A DNA stretch of 64,000 bases from Eledone cirrhosa (GCA_964016885.1 OZ024747.1:56978001-57042000); one strand, 5' to 3'; positions 1 to 13,870 are shown, numbered from the stretch's first letter. Notes: generated by a model not told the origin, from the letters alone. Numbers and translations: made by a program.

Positions 1-547
1 TGGAGTAGGTTTTACTATATATTTAGGTAAGGCGGGTCTTCTCTGTTACTGAGTACCGCCAAAGGTCTCGGTCCAGTGACATTGTCTTGGAGAGGTGTAA
101 GTGTGTGATGTCGGAGTTTATCAGCTCATCCCAGGTTTTTCTAGGTCTGCCTATTCCGTGACTACCGTCTATCTTTATTGCCCTGCACTTTGTTATACAG
201 CTATCGACTTTCATGCGCATCACGTGTCCATACCAACGTAGCCTTCTCTCGAGTAAACAACATCTGATCCCTCTTATCTCTAATTTTTTCCTTAGTTCGT
301 TTATGCTTTGCCGTTCACGTATATTACTGTTACACATCCAGCGGAGCATGCAAGCTTCGTTCCTCTCTAGTCTGCGTATATCCTCTGCACACAATGCCCA
401 GGTCTCACTGCCATGCAGCATTGCTGTTCGTATGCAGGCATCGTACAACCTGCCTTTCATTTTTAGTGAGAACCCTTTAGCAGCTAATAGTGGTATAAGC
501 TCTCTGAACTTTTTCCAACCAGTTCTGACTCTAGCTACAGTACTTTC

Positions 548-549
<2 letters not shown>
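1..549 (-). mobile_element. RTE-clade LINE, 5'-truncated 3' fragment (C-terminal ORF 23..460)
   Basis: Translation has RTE C-terminal motifs (LYDACIRTAMLHGSETW, RLRWYGHVMRM, GRPRKTW). It is near-identical to the copies at 16.1-17.0 kb and 44.8-46.7 kb. The truncated 5' end abuts (TA)n. Confidence 0.9.
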
Positions 550-591
<42 letters not shown>

Positions 592-728
592 TATTTTTTT
601 ATATTATTATTCATTACATTTTTATTATATTGCATCATTCAGAATATTTTATTATATAATATATAAAAATATATTGTCTAACCCATTCTAGCGTGGAAGA
701 TAGGCGTTAAACGATGATGGTGATGATA

Positions 729-845
729 AGTTACAGCCCTTTACGTTATGAGTTCAAATCCTGCTGAGGTTAGCTTTGTCTTTCACCCTTACAGGGTCAA
801 TAAAATAAAGTACCAGTAATGCACTGGAGTCAGTTTAATCGACTT
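729..845 (+). mobile_element. SINE family A, degenerate fragment
   Basis: B-box GAGTTCAAATCC followed by TTTGTCTTTCACCCTTACAGGGTCAATAAAATAAAGTACCAG, shared with more than 10 copies in the window. Confidence 0.7.
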
Positions 846-1138
846 GCTATTTTTTTCTCTTTCTAGTTTTACTTTAAACAAATATTTTAATTTTTTTATT
901 TTTCATTCTGTTTGCGATTTTCTTTTTGTGTTTTTCCTGATGAAATGTAAATGCTTGATATGTTGACTATGTATCTCACTCCTCTTCCTCCAAGCATGAA
1001 ACTAATACAACTTTGTTATTGCATCCTCTTGTTTGTTTGTTTTTGTCTCTTTGATTTATATATATATATTATTCTATGTATCATACATGAACCTTTGATG
1101 AGTTGTAGTGCAACTGAGCACTGTACACAATAATTTTC

Positions 1139-1170
<32 letters not shown>

Positions 1171-1687
1171 GTTGTCTTTATTTAAGTGTTTATTTTGTGA
1201 GTGTTGCATTATATGTATCCCACTGTGATAGGGGATTGCATGATGGAGTATTGTTATACAAATAATGTTAAGACAGGTTTGTGCAATTACATAATCATAT
1301 TTTTTATGTTATACACATTTCCACAAACCCACCATGCTGTAGTTATTTAATTGTAACATTCTGCTGGCATGGCTTCATTGCTTGGCAAGCACATACCACA
1401 ATGGCTGTGAGTCTCTTGTTGAACCATATCAACATCTTTATACTTTCCTTGTAAAACCTCTGCATAAATGGGGAATAATATCTGATGTAAGAACCTTTGT
1501 TAAGTTATGCTCCAAACATCAGCTTAGTAAGAAGAAATTTAGTTATATTATTAAATCCTTCCAAATTCTTGAGGCATTCCCTTTCATTAGATATATGTAG
1601 CGAAAGTGTTAAAATGAGTTTACATAATAAATACAAATTAAAGCAACTCTCGTACACAGGAGTGAGAAACTGCCACCAATGATATAT

Positions 1688-1876
1688 AATTGTTTCTACT
1701 TTAGGCACAAGGCCAGCAATTACCCAGTACATTACTGGTACTTTATTTTATCGACCCCGTAAGGATGAAAGGCAAAGTTAACCTCAGCGGGATTTGAACT
1801 CAAACCGTAAAGGGACGTAACTATGCTAGAAAGCATGGCGTCCAACCCACTACCGATACTGCCAATTCACCGCCCT
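1688..1876 (-). mobile_element. SINE family A (tRNA-derived head, Meta-domain-like core)
   Basis: Reverse complement of the 2309-2492 and 56214-56388 copies. It has A/B-box-like motifs and an (ATT)n-like end. Confidence 0.8.
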
Positions 1877-2074
1877 CTGATATATAATAGCATCTCTACA
1901 TACTCATGACTACATCCTATTCCCATCCTTTTCTTGGAACTAGGTCATCAAAATTTCTGTAATTTTATCCATCCTTAGCTAAGCCATAAAGCCCCTTACA
2001 TCCTCAGAGCTCTCAACACCACAGATGTCCATTGATGGGATACGTGTTGTTGTGCCATGCTTTGCATCATAGAA

Positions 2075-2492
2075 TTATGGCCCTTTATGTTCTGAGTTCA
2101 AATCCTGCTGAGATTAGCTTTGCCTTTCATTCTTACGGGGGTCGATAAAATAGAGTACCAGTAATACACTGGAGTAATTGTTGGCCTTGTACCTAAATCA
2201 GAAACCATTATTATTATCATTATAACTCTATTGCTCTCTTACATGTTCCAGCAAAGAGGCTGAGGCCATGCTGGAGCGCACCATTATGATTACTATTATT
2301 ATTAGTTAATTGGCAGTATTGGTAGAGGGTCGGACGCCATGCTTTGACGTATAGAGTTACGGCCCTTGCCATTCCGAGTTCAAATCCCGCCAAGGTTAAC
2401 TTTGCCTTTCATCCTTGCGGGGTCGATAAAATAAAGTACCAGTAATGCACTGGATAATTGCTGGCCTTGTGCCTAACGTAGAAACAATTATT
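2075..2492 (+). mobile_element. Two SINE family A copies (about 2075-2215 and 2309-2492)
   Basis: TGGCAGTATTGGTAG (A box), GAGTTCAAATCCC (B box), core GCCTTTCATCCTT.CGGGGTCGATAAAATAAAGTACCAG and tail GGCCTTGTGCCTAA.GTAGAAACAATTATT. Confidence 0.8.
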
Positions 2493-3429
2493 AGTTATGT
2501 TAATATTTAGCTGAAAAGTTAAAATCATCACCTTGTCTTACTACTACTACTACAACTAGTACTACTACTACAACTAGTACTACTACTACAACTACTACTA
2601 CTACCAGCACCCTCTTCACCACAGTCATCACCAAAATACTACTAATACCATTATCACCTTCCTTTTTATTACTATCACCTCTACCACTACCACCACAACC
2701 ACTACCACCACCATCACCCCCACTACTACTACCAGCACCCTCTCGACCACAGTCATCACCAAAATACTACTAATCATATCATTGTCATCATCATCATCAT
2801 CATATTCTCTAATTTCATTATGTGAAATGTTTATTTTTTTATTTCTAGTGGAATATAATTATGGTAAAATACTTCAACAAGAATCAACCCAGCACAACCT
2901 AAAACACTACACCACTCAGTACAACCCAAACATTACACAACCCAGCAACCATGAAAACAGCCAAAATTAACCCTATCCTAATCCTAACCCACCAACCCAC
3001 CCTAAAAACCTATCCCACCCTATCATACATCCACCCATTTACCACTGTTTGTTGTTACACTACATTGTTTGTAGAAATCTCCTTGTTCATGCACATACAA
3101 TATTACAGTGTTAGGCAGAAATACAGACAGACTGGAAGTGAGCAAGGAGCAGTGTGGTAGGGTTGTAATGCTTGGGTGGTAGGGAGGATATGAAGAAAGA
3201 AATTGAGCAAGTTCCGTTTCTTGGTGAACTGGATTGGAGGAGAGGGGGGTAGGGGGAGAGAGAGTATGGGATGGGATGGATTGGGTTGGGTTGTTTTCAA
3301 CAGCAAAATATTATAGAAGGCAGAATCAATAACGTTGATGGTGATTAGAATGGCAGTGGTGATGGTGGTAATGGAGATGGTGATAATAATGATGGTGATG
3401 ATGATGATGGCAATGATGATAATATATAG

Positions 3430-4286
<857 letters not shown>

Positions 4287-5043
4287 AGGGTATTTGTGTG
4301 TGTATGTAGATATACCTACATTCTCATATATGCATATAACAACACACGCAGACACATACAAACACACACACACACACACACATGTGATCAATATTTGTTT
4401 ATTTATGATATTATTTCATCAAGGGATTGCTTTTAAACCCAGTTTTGTTATGTTCATAGAAAGCAGAAGAAACTTAATTGTTCTTCCACACAAACATTAA
4501 ATATAATTAACAAAAATAAAGGAACAATAAAATGGTCTACAATCACAAAACAAACAAATAAATCAACAAACAAAATCAAAATAAATAAATAAATAAATAA
4601 ATAAATAAATATATAAATAAATAAATAAATAAAAGAATATAGTATGAAAACAACCAAAAAGAAGAAGAGAAATTCATACAGCAACCACCAAAAGATCCAA
4701 AAGCAAATTTGATGCCAATTTGCTGGCAGCCATTTTGGATTTCCTTTCCCCAAAATATATGTGTGTGTATCTATGTATGTGTGTTTGTATATGTATGTAT
4801 GTTTGTGTGTGTGTATGCATATATGAGTGTATGTATGCATGTATGTATATTCATATATGTATGCTTATATATATATATATATATAGGGAGAGATAGTTAG
4901 ATAGATAAACATACTTTTTTAAAATCATATTTTGTTATTGCCACTATTCTGTTTGTTTTTAACATTTTTCCAATAACTTTTCTTCAAGAAAGATAAGATG
5001 TCTACTAATAATAGTTACGATGATGGTGATGATGATGATAATT

Positions 5044-5075
<32 letters not shown>

Positions 5076-5738
5076 GGAGAAGAAGAAGAAGAAGAAGAAG
5101 AAGAAGAAGAAGAAGAAGAAGAAGAAGAAGAAGAAGAAAAGTGATATGGAGGAAGGTGGGGGTATTTCAAAGAAGAAAATTTTATAATACAGAGGAAGTC
5201 ACAAATTAGAGGAACCATAAAGTAAAGAGGAAAATTAAACAATAAAACTACCATATAGAAAAGTAAACAAACAGTGAAAAACAGCCAAAACAACTGCAAC
5301 AATAACAGAGGTTGAGGTGGTGGCGGTGGTGGTAGGGGCGCTGGGTTGTGGTGGTGTTAGTAGTAGTAGTAGTAGTAGTAGTAGTAAGAAAAACTATAAC
5401 ACTCTACAATAAATAAATAACACCGCTGTAACTGTTAAAGTTGTATAAATATCACCAGTAGTAGTAGTAGTAGTAGTAGTAGTGGGGTGATAGTGGTGGT
5501 GCCTGTGGTAGTAGCAGTAGTAGTAGTGGGGGTGATACTGATGATGGTGTGTATGTGGTAGTACTAGTAGTAGTAGTAGTAGCAGTAGTAGTATAACTAT
5601 CAACACCAAAAAACACTAAAAATAGACAACAACAATAATAATAATGATAAACAGTAACAAACAAAAAACAATGAAACAGTTTTGACTTTGGTAATTTATC
5701 ATCAATCATCCTGAGAAAGATAGTATTGAATAACAAGA

Positions 5739-6100
5739 TAGAAATATCAACAGATGTAGATTTCCCAAATATAACACCACTTACATATCTCTCTCTCCCT
5801 GTGGATGTGTGTAGCTCACTGGTTAAGTTGTTTGGTTCACTACTGTAAAGTTAGGAGTTTGATTCTCAGCAGTGTTGTGTTCTTCAGTATAACATTTTAT
5901 TTCCTGTTGCTCCTGCAAACACTGTAAGGCTTATGTGAATCTTAACCCTTTTGTTACCAACTTAGCCAAAACTAGAAATATCAACAGATGTAGACTCCTA
6001 AATATAACACTACTTATATTTCTCTCTCTCCCTGTGAATGTGTGTGGCTAATTGGTTACAATGTTTGGTTCACTACTGTAAGGTACTGTTGTGTCCTTAA
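5739..6100 (+). repeat. Diverged local direct duplication (period about 234 bp) including a decayed SINE head
   Basis: TAGAAATATCAACAGATGTAGA...TGTTTGGTTCACTACTGTAA occurs at about 5739 and about 5973. Confidence 0.7.
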
Positions 6101-6375
6101 TAAGATGTTGTAGTTTGCTTGAAGCATTATATATGATATATAATGTGGAAACTGGTATAACTAATAAGGCTAAACAATGTAAAATGGATGGTAAGATGAA
6201 GGCAACAAAAAGTTAGTTACCTTGTAATATTTATTTTAATTTTTGTTGTTATTGTTGTTTATTTTGTCCTAATATTTTGGGCCTTAAAATCTAGCCTTCA
6301 TGTTGAATTATTAATATATATATATACACACACACACATATATATATGTATATATGTATATATATATATATACTT

Positions 6376-6579
6376 CGTTTAACATCCGTGTTCCATGCTT
6401 GCATGGGTTTGGACGGGAGTTTTCCCACTTGAGGCAAGAGTGGTTATCTTGCTCGCATAGGACTGTCTGGCGGGTTTTCTACAGTTGGATGCCCTTCCTA
6501 ACACCAACCACATTTACAGTGTGGGGCTGGGAGGTTTTTACCGTGTTGCCTACACGGCCACATTACAGCGTGGACTGTC
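6376..6579 (-). mobile_element. Family C element (RTE 3'-UTR-related), truncated
   Basis: Matches the 19268-19610 and 28648-28875 copies (GGTTGGTGTTAGGAAGGGCATCCA...CCATGCAAGC...GTTAAACGA). Confidence 0.8.
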
Positions 6580-7071
6580 TGTATAGTATAAGTGCATGTT
6601 TATTTAGGGTAGTTATCATAGGTGAATAGACTAGTTAGAGCAATAACAGTCTTGTTTACACATATATATTCGAAATAAGGTGTGCACAGGACAAAAACAT
6701 TGGTAAAAGGAAAAGAAAATGCTGACAAATTGTTCCCAGTGAAAAATAGTTTAATTAGGAATAAGTAAAAATTAGTAATAGTATTGGTTAGTATTCAGTT
6801 TTGGTTTTAAGTTTTACCGGTAATATATATATATATTGTATCCCAATGTGCACTGGAATGAATGGTATCGACCTAAATGGGTTGAAATCATAGTGATCTC
6901 CAAGGGTTGACTGAGGAGATGGACTGACCATCTTTCCATTTTTTTCCCTCTTGTTTTTGTCCTGTGCACACCTTATTTCGAATATATATGTGTAAACAAG
7001 ACTGTTATTGCTCTAACTAGTCTATTCACCTATGATAACTACCCTAAATAAACATGCACTTATACTATACA
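6580..7071. repeat. Perfect 120-bp inverted repeat (6580-6699 / 6952-7071) with 252-bp spacer
   Basis: The arms are exact reverse complements by direct comparison. Confidence 0.9.
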
Positions 7072-7847
7072 TGTATAGAATATACGCAAGAAATCATTGA
7101 ATGCTCTATGTGTAAACAATGTACTCGGAAAACAAAGCATCTAGAGGACAAGACTCGTAAAAATTACATTCGTAAAACCAAGTCAATCATGAGCTAAATA
7201 TCTATATTAGAGCTACGATATCCCCCTTAATCCCTACCTCAGACATCAACCATATATCCAAACCCTTAATCTGCCCTAAAGCGATAATATATATATATAT
7301 TAATGATGATAATAATAATAATTATTTCTATTCTTTATTGACCACAAGGGCTGACAACAAGAAAAACATTACAGATGGCACAGGACGGTATGATGTGGGT
7401 TTTTTGCGTGTAAAGATTTTTATTATTCATATAAGAAAAAAAAAGACATAGAAACATATATATATATAAACAATAAAAATGAAAATTAAAACAATGAAAA
7501 ATTCCCCAATAGAGGGGTAATAATTTATTATGGTGTGACGCACATTTCGCGATTGATCAGCTGAAGGTTCGATCTGTATCAATTGGGCCTGACTCTCGAA
7601 TCAAAAGCACATCAGACTTTTGTTATAGTAATATATATATATATAAATATGTATACATACATACATATATGTATACAGACGTACAGTAATATGTATATAT
7701 ATATACATACATGCACACATATAAGCCGTACAGTGTCTAGCAACCATCGTTGCTCATTTGTTCAACCCTGACAAAGGAACTCAGCCGTTAATATGCATAA
7801 GGAAAGTATATACTTTCAGACGTTCAATCATCTGGCAGGAAGGTATA

Positions 7848-7888
7848 CGTTACTGACGATAGCTAATAAGCTTGAAACTAGTACAGCG
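7848..7888 (+). ncRNA. Type I hammerhead ribozyme (minimal), copy 1
   Basis: CGTTA-CTGACGA-T-AGCT-AATA-AGCT-T-GAAA-CTAG-TA/CAGCG. Palindromic stem III ACTAGT and a GUA triplet. One stem I mismatch. Confidence 0.75.
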
Positions 7889-8276
7889 TTCCTTTGTCAG
7901 AGTTGAACAAATGAGCAACGATGGTTGCTAGACACTGTACGGCTTAATTCGGGATGTTTGTTTACAAACACACCGAGCATTATAATAAATGTTCGGTGAA
8001 TCCATACGTACATATATATATGTGTGCATGTATGTATATATATATACATACTACTGTACATCTGTATACATATATGTATGTACGTATACATACTTATATT
8101 TAAGTAACAGCCATACTAAGAGTGAGAAATGAAATTTCGTTTCATTTTTTCCGTTTATTGTTTTCGGTACCCCAGCCGATTAACTCACTCAATATGCAAA
8201 TTAGGCTGCTCAGCCATTAATATGCATAAGGAAAGTATATACTTTCAGACGTTCAATCATCTGGCAGGAAGGTATA

Positions 8277-8317
8277 CGTTGCTGACGATAGCTAATAAGC
8301 TTGAAACTAGTACAGCG
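8277..8317 (+). ncRNA. Type I hammerhead ribozyme (minimal), copy 2
   Basis: CGTTG-CTGACGA-T-AGCT-AATA-AGCT-T-GAAA-CTAG-TA/CAGCG. Stem I CGTTG:CAGCG is fully paired (one G-U). Confidence 0.8.
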
Positions 8318-8894
8318 TTCCTTTGTCAGTGTTGAACAAACGAGCAACGATGGTTGCTAGACACTGTACGGCTTAATTCGGGATGTTTGTTTACAAACAC
8401 ACCGAGCATTATAATAAATGTTCGGTGAATCCATACGTACATATATATGTGTGTGCATGTATGTATATATATATACATACTACTGTACGTCTGTATACAT
8501 ATATGTATGTACGTATACATACTTATATTTAAGTAACAGCCGTACAAAGAGTGAGAAATGAAATTTTGTTTCATTTTGTCCCAATATATATATATATAAT
8601 GAAGTATTCATTTACAGAGCCCAGTAAAGCCATAAGTGAGGGTAATATGTGTGTATTGTATGGTATTGATATACAAATTCAGTAAAATCTCAACAGTGGC
8701 CCTTTCTGCTTCAGCTGGTCCTTTTGCTTTGAACTCCCCCACTGGGTATTTATCACATGTGTGTGTCTATATGTGGGTGTACATAACACCCTGTGTACAT
8801 GTGTGTGTGTGTGTGTGTTGACCAAATTAAGAGAAATCATTTAAATTGAAATTACTTGGCATGTGATTAGACTAGTATAACATAAAGAAACTGG

Positions 8895-9168
8895 AAGGAG
8901 AGAGACGGGGGTGTAAAGAGAGAGAAATAGAGAGAGAAGGTGAGGTAGAGAGAGAGGGGGGGGGGATTGTTAAAGAAAGTGTGAGAGAGAGAGAGAGAGA
9001 GATTGTTAGAGAAAGTGAGGGAGAGAGAGAAGGGGGTGAAAGAGAGAGAAATAGAGAGAGAGGTGAGGTAGAGAGAGAGTGAGAGAGAGATTGTTAGAGA
9101 AAGTGAGGGAGGGAGGGAGGGAGGGAGGGAGAGAGAGAGTGAGAGAGATTGTTAGAGAAAGTGAGGGA

Positions 9169-9238
<70 letters not shown>

Positions 9239-9280
9239 AAAAGAAAGAAAGAAAGAAAGAATGAAAGAAAAAAAAAAGAA
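8895..9280. repeat. (GA)n/(GAAA)n purine-rich repeat
   Basis: Directly visible. Confidence 0.9.
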
Positions 9281-10570
9281 AGGAGAACAGTTGATTGTAT
9301 TGAGATTGTGAGAATGCAGTTCCATATTTGTGGAACTGGTGTGTATGTAATTAAGTAGCAACTGGTGTATAATATTAAAGACAAAGACTGTACCATTGCA
9401 ACAAGTCATAACAATGAACTGACTGGTTATTAGGATATGTGCTAGAGAAGAAGGCCTGACATTGTTACTGTATAATCCTTATTTTCTCTTTCATTGATCT
9501 TGTAAACCATATTCCCACTTACTTAATGCCAGATGTGAATGTCTGCATCTCTACCCACTAATTTATATATATTTATGTGTGCATGTGTTTATATATATAA
9601 ATACACACATACATACATACATGTATATGTTTATATGTATATATAAAAATATATATATATATATATATATTTATACAGTACAGAATTAGCCGTCGAAACA
9701 GCTTGAGCTCAGCCGTTGGGGTCTTACTTGTTCCTATATATATATATATACACACACACATACACACATACATATACATTTTACAAATAGACTATTTTCA
9801 CTCATATAACATGATCCACGCACAGTAAAGAAAAGGCGCTGTGCTCGTAAGCATGCCTTGCTGAATTTAGCCTACATTTTTTATGTACTAAATTTGAACC
9901 CCAACAGAGATAAATTTATATTTGATTCCACTAGAGTCAATAAAATAAATGCCTGCTATATAGTATGTCAGAACATATCTCTGTAGGTTAATGGGCCTTA
10001 TGCCAATGAATGGTATCATGATTATATATTGGTTTTATGCCAACGATTTAAGAAATTAATATATTAATTATATTACAAATCATCATCACTATCATCACTA
10101 TTATCAATTTTATTTTATTTTTTTGTTTGTTGTTTATTTACGTATTCTGGCATAAGCTGGAGTTTATCCCGGGTTTGTGTGGTGTTAAGGGACAGCCAGT
10201 TCATTATAAGATTAACCCCAGTAGTAGCAGCTGTTACATATTTTTAGTTGACTAAATGGGAGTAATGTGAAATGAAGTCCCTTGCTCAAGTGCACAATAT
10301 GCTGCTTAGCCTGGGAATCAAACCTATGACCATACAATTATGAGAACCTTACGCATTAAGCTATGTAATATAGATAATAGAAATAGGTACCTGGAATGAT
10401 GTAAAAAGAATAGTACACGAAATTACAAGAAAACCATAAACAAAAATTATAGAGAAAATCATATTATGTCTAGGACAAACAGAAATATAATGATTTAATA
10501 AAAACCTTATTTAGAAGCATTATCAGTTGTACTATTCCCTATTTTAAGTTTTAATAGTTAAAGCTAAAAA

Positions 10571-11065
10571 TTAAAGTGTGTCTCAAGCCCAGAGGCTCAT
10601 CGGGTCGGTACTTATCCCGGTTTCTGTGGCATGAAGTGACTGAGAGTACAAGATTCCCTCCTGGACAGTATGCTAGTCATTCTCAGCGTTAAAGTCTGTC
10701 TTGACACCGGAGGCTCATCAGGTCAGCATTTATCCCGGTTTCCATGGCGTGAAGTGACTGAGAGTACAAGACTCCCTCCTGGACAGTATGCTAGTCATTC
10801 TCAGGGTTAAAGTCTGTCTTGACGCCGGAGACTCATCAGGTCAGCATTTATCCCGGTTTCCATGGCGTGAAGTGACTGAGAGTACAAGACGCCAGTCCAT
10901 TGCAGGGTAGACCCCCAAGCTATTGCTGGTGGTACTCATTTTCTGAGTATGCTGGAGCAATGTGAAATGAAGTGTTTTGCTCAAGAACATAACTCACAAC
11001 TCAGCCCAGGAATCGATGCCATGACATTATGAACATGAGTCCAACACCCTTACCATACACCTCCA
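10571..11065 (-). mobile_element. tRNA-derived SINE with a triplicated 118-bp 3' segment
   Basis: TTAAAGT units start at 10571, 10689 and 10807. The minus-strand head has GCATCGATTCC (B-box-like) and the CTTGAGCAAAACACTTCATTTCACATTGCTCC core shared with family B. Confidence 0.7.
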
Positions 11066-11221
11066 CTTAAGCTTTAATAAGACATCAATAGATATGTAGG
11101 ATGAGATGGCAAGGATATACTTACAAAGATGGTCTTCTTCTTTCTTCTTCTTCTCCTTTCAACAAGAACAACAATCACAATAATGAAAATGGTGGCTACA
11201 AAAACAACAGCAACAATAACA

Positions 11222-11261
<40 letters not shown>

Positions 11262-11615
11262 GGACAATGATTATGTTGGTGATGATGATGAGGAGGACAA
11301 TGATGATGATGAGGTTTCCTTCGATCTTCTAATTATAAAACATCATAATCTGCATTCTTCAGTGGAAATTTTGGAATAAATCTTCAAAGATGGTTAATCC
11401 TTACCTAAAGAAATACCATCAACTGTACTCTGCCCAAAACATGGCTATGACTAATTAATCTAAGAATTTATGTGTATGTATATCATCATCATCATCATTT
11501 AATGTCCACTTTCCCTACTAACAGAGTTAGTACTGAACCAGGGCTATGGATCCTCCCAATGTGCTCGAAGATTCATATCTCACATACACACAAATATATG
11601 TGTATAAATGTGTTT

Positions 11616-12840
11616 ATTATCATCATAACTGTTTTATATCCATTATTCCATGCTGGCAATGCCAGGTCAAGTGACCATGTCTTTCTCATACAGAACTGAT
11701 TTTGGCTCAAATTCTACAGCTGGATGCCCTTTCTAACACCAACCTCATTTATAGTGAGTACTGTGTGCTTCTTTACCATGGCGACTTCACGACCACTTCA
11801 CAGTGTGGGCTGGGTGCTTTTTTTTGTCGTGACACCTATATAACCAATTTACAGTGGGAGGGGCTGGGGGCATACTATCTATATGCTTCAGCTTCGGTTT
11901 GTGCCCGTGGAAAGTTGGGTCTTATGTATTATTACGTAATGCCAGAAGCCTCATTCCTGTGTTATCAACTTTCAGAGGTGCAATTGGGCAAGGGCAGCTT
12001 TTATCACCTCATCCCATGTCTTACTGGGTCTCCCCACTCTAAGGCTTCCATCGACTTTTAGTGCTCTGTACCTTTTTATGCAGCTGTCATCCTTCATATG
12101 CATCACATGTCAATACCAACGTAACCTCCTCTGCTGCACATAGCATTTGATTCCTCTTATGCTCAGTCTCTCTCTCAATTCGTTTATGCTTTGCCGTTCA
12201 CATATATTACTGTTACACATCCATTGGATCATGCAAGCTTCATTTCTTTCTAATCTACACAAGTCTTCTGCACACAGTGCCCAGGTCTCACTAGTATGTA
12301 ACATTGCTGCTCGTATGCATCATTATACAGTCTGCCTTTCATTTTAAGGGAAAAGCCTTTTGCAGCTAGCAGTGGTAGTAGCTCCCTGAACTTCTTCCAT
12401 CCCATTCTTACCCTTGTTACTGTACTTCCAGAACACCCACCTCCGCTGCTAATTTGGTTGCCCAGGTAGCAAAAGCTGTTTACTGTTTCTACTGAGCCTT
12501 CCCAGAATTTGGTAGTCTTTGTTTACTGTGGTTGTTTGCTGCTACATGTAAAGCTTACATTCTTCACTAAACTTCCTGAGATACCACTGCATCTCTTGTG
12601 TACCCATAGTTTGCATATGGGGCAGAGGATGGAATTTCTGTTTTCCCATTTACTTATGAGGGTCTTAGTCTTTGTCAGGTAGACCTTGAGACCTCTTCTT
12701 TCTAGGCCCTGCTTCCATGTTTGGAATTTCTTCTCTATTTCCACCATAGATTCAGCTATAAGTGTAAGATCATCCGCTTACAGAAGTTCCTATCGGCATC
12801 CAGTCTTAAACTCCTCTGTTATAGCCTGCAATACGATAAT
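11616..12840 (-). mobile_element. Decayed RTE LINE 3' portion with family-C-type 3' UTR
   Basis: Remnants include ELL*ADDL, CPICKLWVHKRCSG, MLHTSETWAL and RRLRWY, with stops and frameshifts and a (GAT)n-like tail. Confidence 0.85.
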
Positions 12841-12870
12841 ATCTATCTATCTCTCTCTATATATATATAT

Positions 12871-13304
12871 ATCATCATCATCATCACCGTTTTATGTCTG
12901 TTCTTCCACGCTAGCATGGGTTGTCCTGTTGTGGGCTGTAGCCGGCGGCTGACCATGTCTTGCTCATACAGGAACTGATTTTGGCTTGATTCCTACAGCT
13001 GGATACCCTTCCTAACACCAACCTCATTTACAGTGAGTGCTAGGTGCTTTTTTTCCGTGGTGCCTACACGTCCACTTTACAGTGTGGGCTGGGTGGTTTT
13101 TTGCCGTGGCCCCTCCACGACCACTTTGCAATGGAATGATAGGGACCCCAGTCCCTATCATCTCATTTCTACAGCTGATTAAACTGGAGCAATGTGAAAT
13201 AAAGTGTCTTGCTCAAGGAAACAACACATCACCTGGTCCGAGAATTGAACTCACAACCTTTCGATTGCAAGCCCAATGCTCTAACCACTAAGCCATGCGC
13301 CTTC
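12871..13304 (-). mobile_element. SINE family B (tRNA head, RTE-related tail, (GAT)n end)
   Basis: Head GAAGGCGCATGGCTTAGTGGTTAGAGC...GAGTTCAATTCTC; tail TGTTAGGAAGGG.ATCCAGC...CCATGCTAGC...(GAT)n. Confidence 0.85.
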
Positions 13305-13525
13305 ATATATATATATATTTATATATATATATATATATATATATGATGATGATGATGATGTTATATATAATTATATTATTATATAAACAGTCGAGACCTG
13401 ACAGCTGAGCTCTTGCCATTTCAACAGCTAGTTCCAAACTACTATATAATATAACCATACTCTATTACCTCAACTATCAAGTACTTTGTTGAGTAATGGT
13501 CCAACCAGTTTCAAACTGAATCCAT

Positions 13526-13563
<38 letters not shown>

Positions 13564-13570
<7 letters not shown>

Positions 13571-13689
13571 CTACACACAGAAAAGACGCAATGTTTAGAC
13601 AAATCACAGAAGCAATAAACATAAATGAACTCCAACCAAAATTAAATAGAAAACATGAATGGAATAGCAGCATCACAACTTACAATTAA
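13564..13689 (+). pseudogene. C-terminal remnant of a GIY-YIG endonuclease (Penelope-like element ORF end)
   Basis: Manual translation (not in the ORF track): IESTHRKDAMFRQITEAININELQPKLNRKHEWNSSITTYN*. It matches the R-x2-E-A-I...P-x-L-N C-terminal motif of PLE GIY-YIG domains. It begins at a (TA)n junction. Confidence 0.7.
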
Positions 13690-13870
13690 GGACAAAATGA
13701 AAACACACACACACATAGAACAAACAACCAACCAGTAACATGTAAATAAACAAATAAATAAACAAATATAAACACACACAGACACCCGGATGTAACACAT
13801 GCGCAAACTAAGCACACAACACACACAAAAACAAGATGGCGTAGGACAGAACAAAGAAAAGAATCCCCAA

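Larger units (their letters stand above)
7645..8577 (+). mobile_element. Penelope-like pseudo-LTR array: inverted fragment (7645-7780) plus two tandem copies (429-bp period), each with a hammerhead
   Basis: 7781-8209 is repeated from 8210. 7722-7780 is the reverse complement of about 7888-7947. Flanked by (TA)n. Confidence 0.75.

Noticed and set aside
10710-10840. CTGATGAG on the minus strand as a hammerhead core
   Set aside because: No stem II/GAAA/NUH follows; it is part of the SINE tail.
13470-13528. Minus-strand AG...GT exon candidate
   Set aside because: Stop codons in all three frames.
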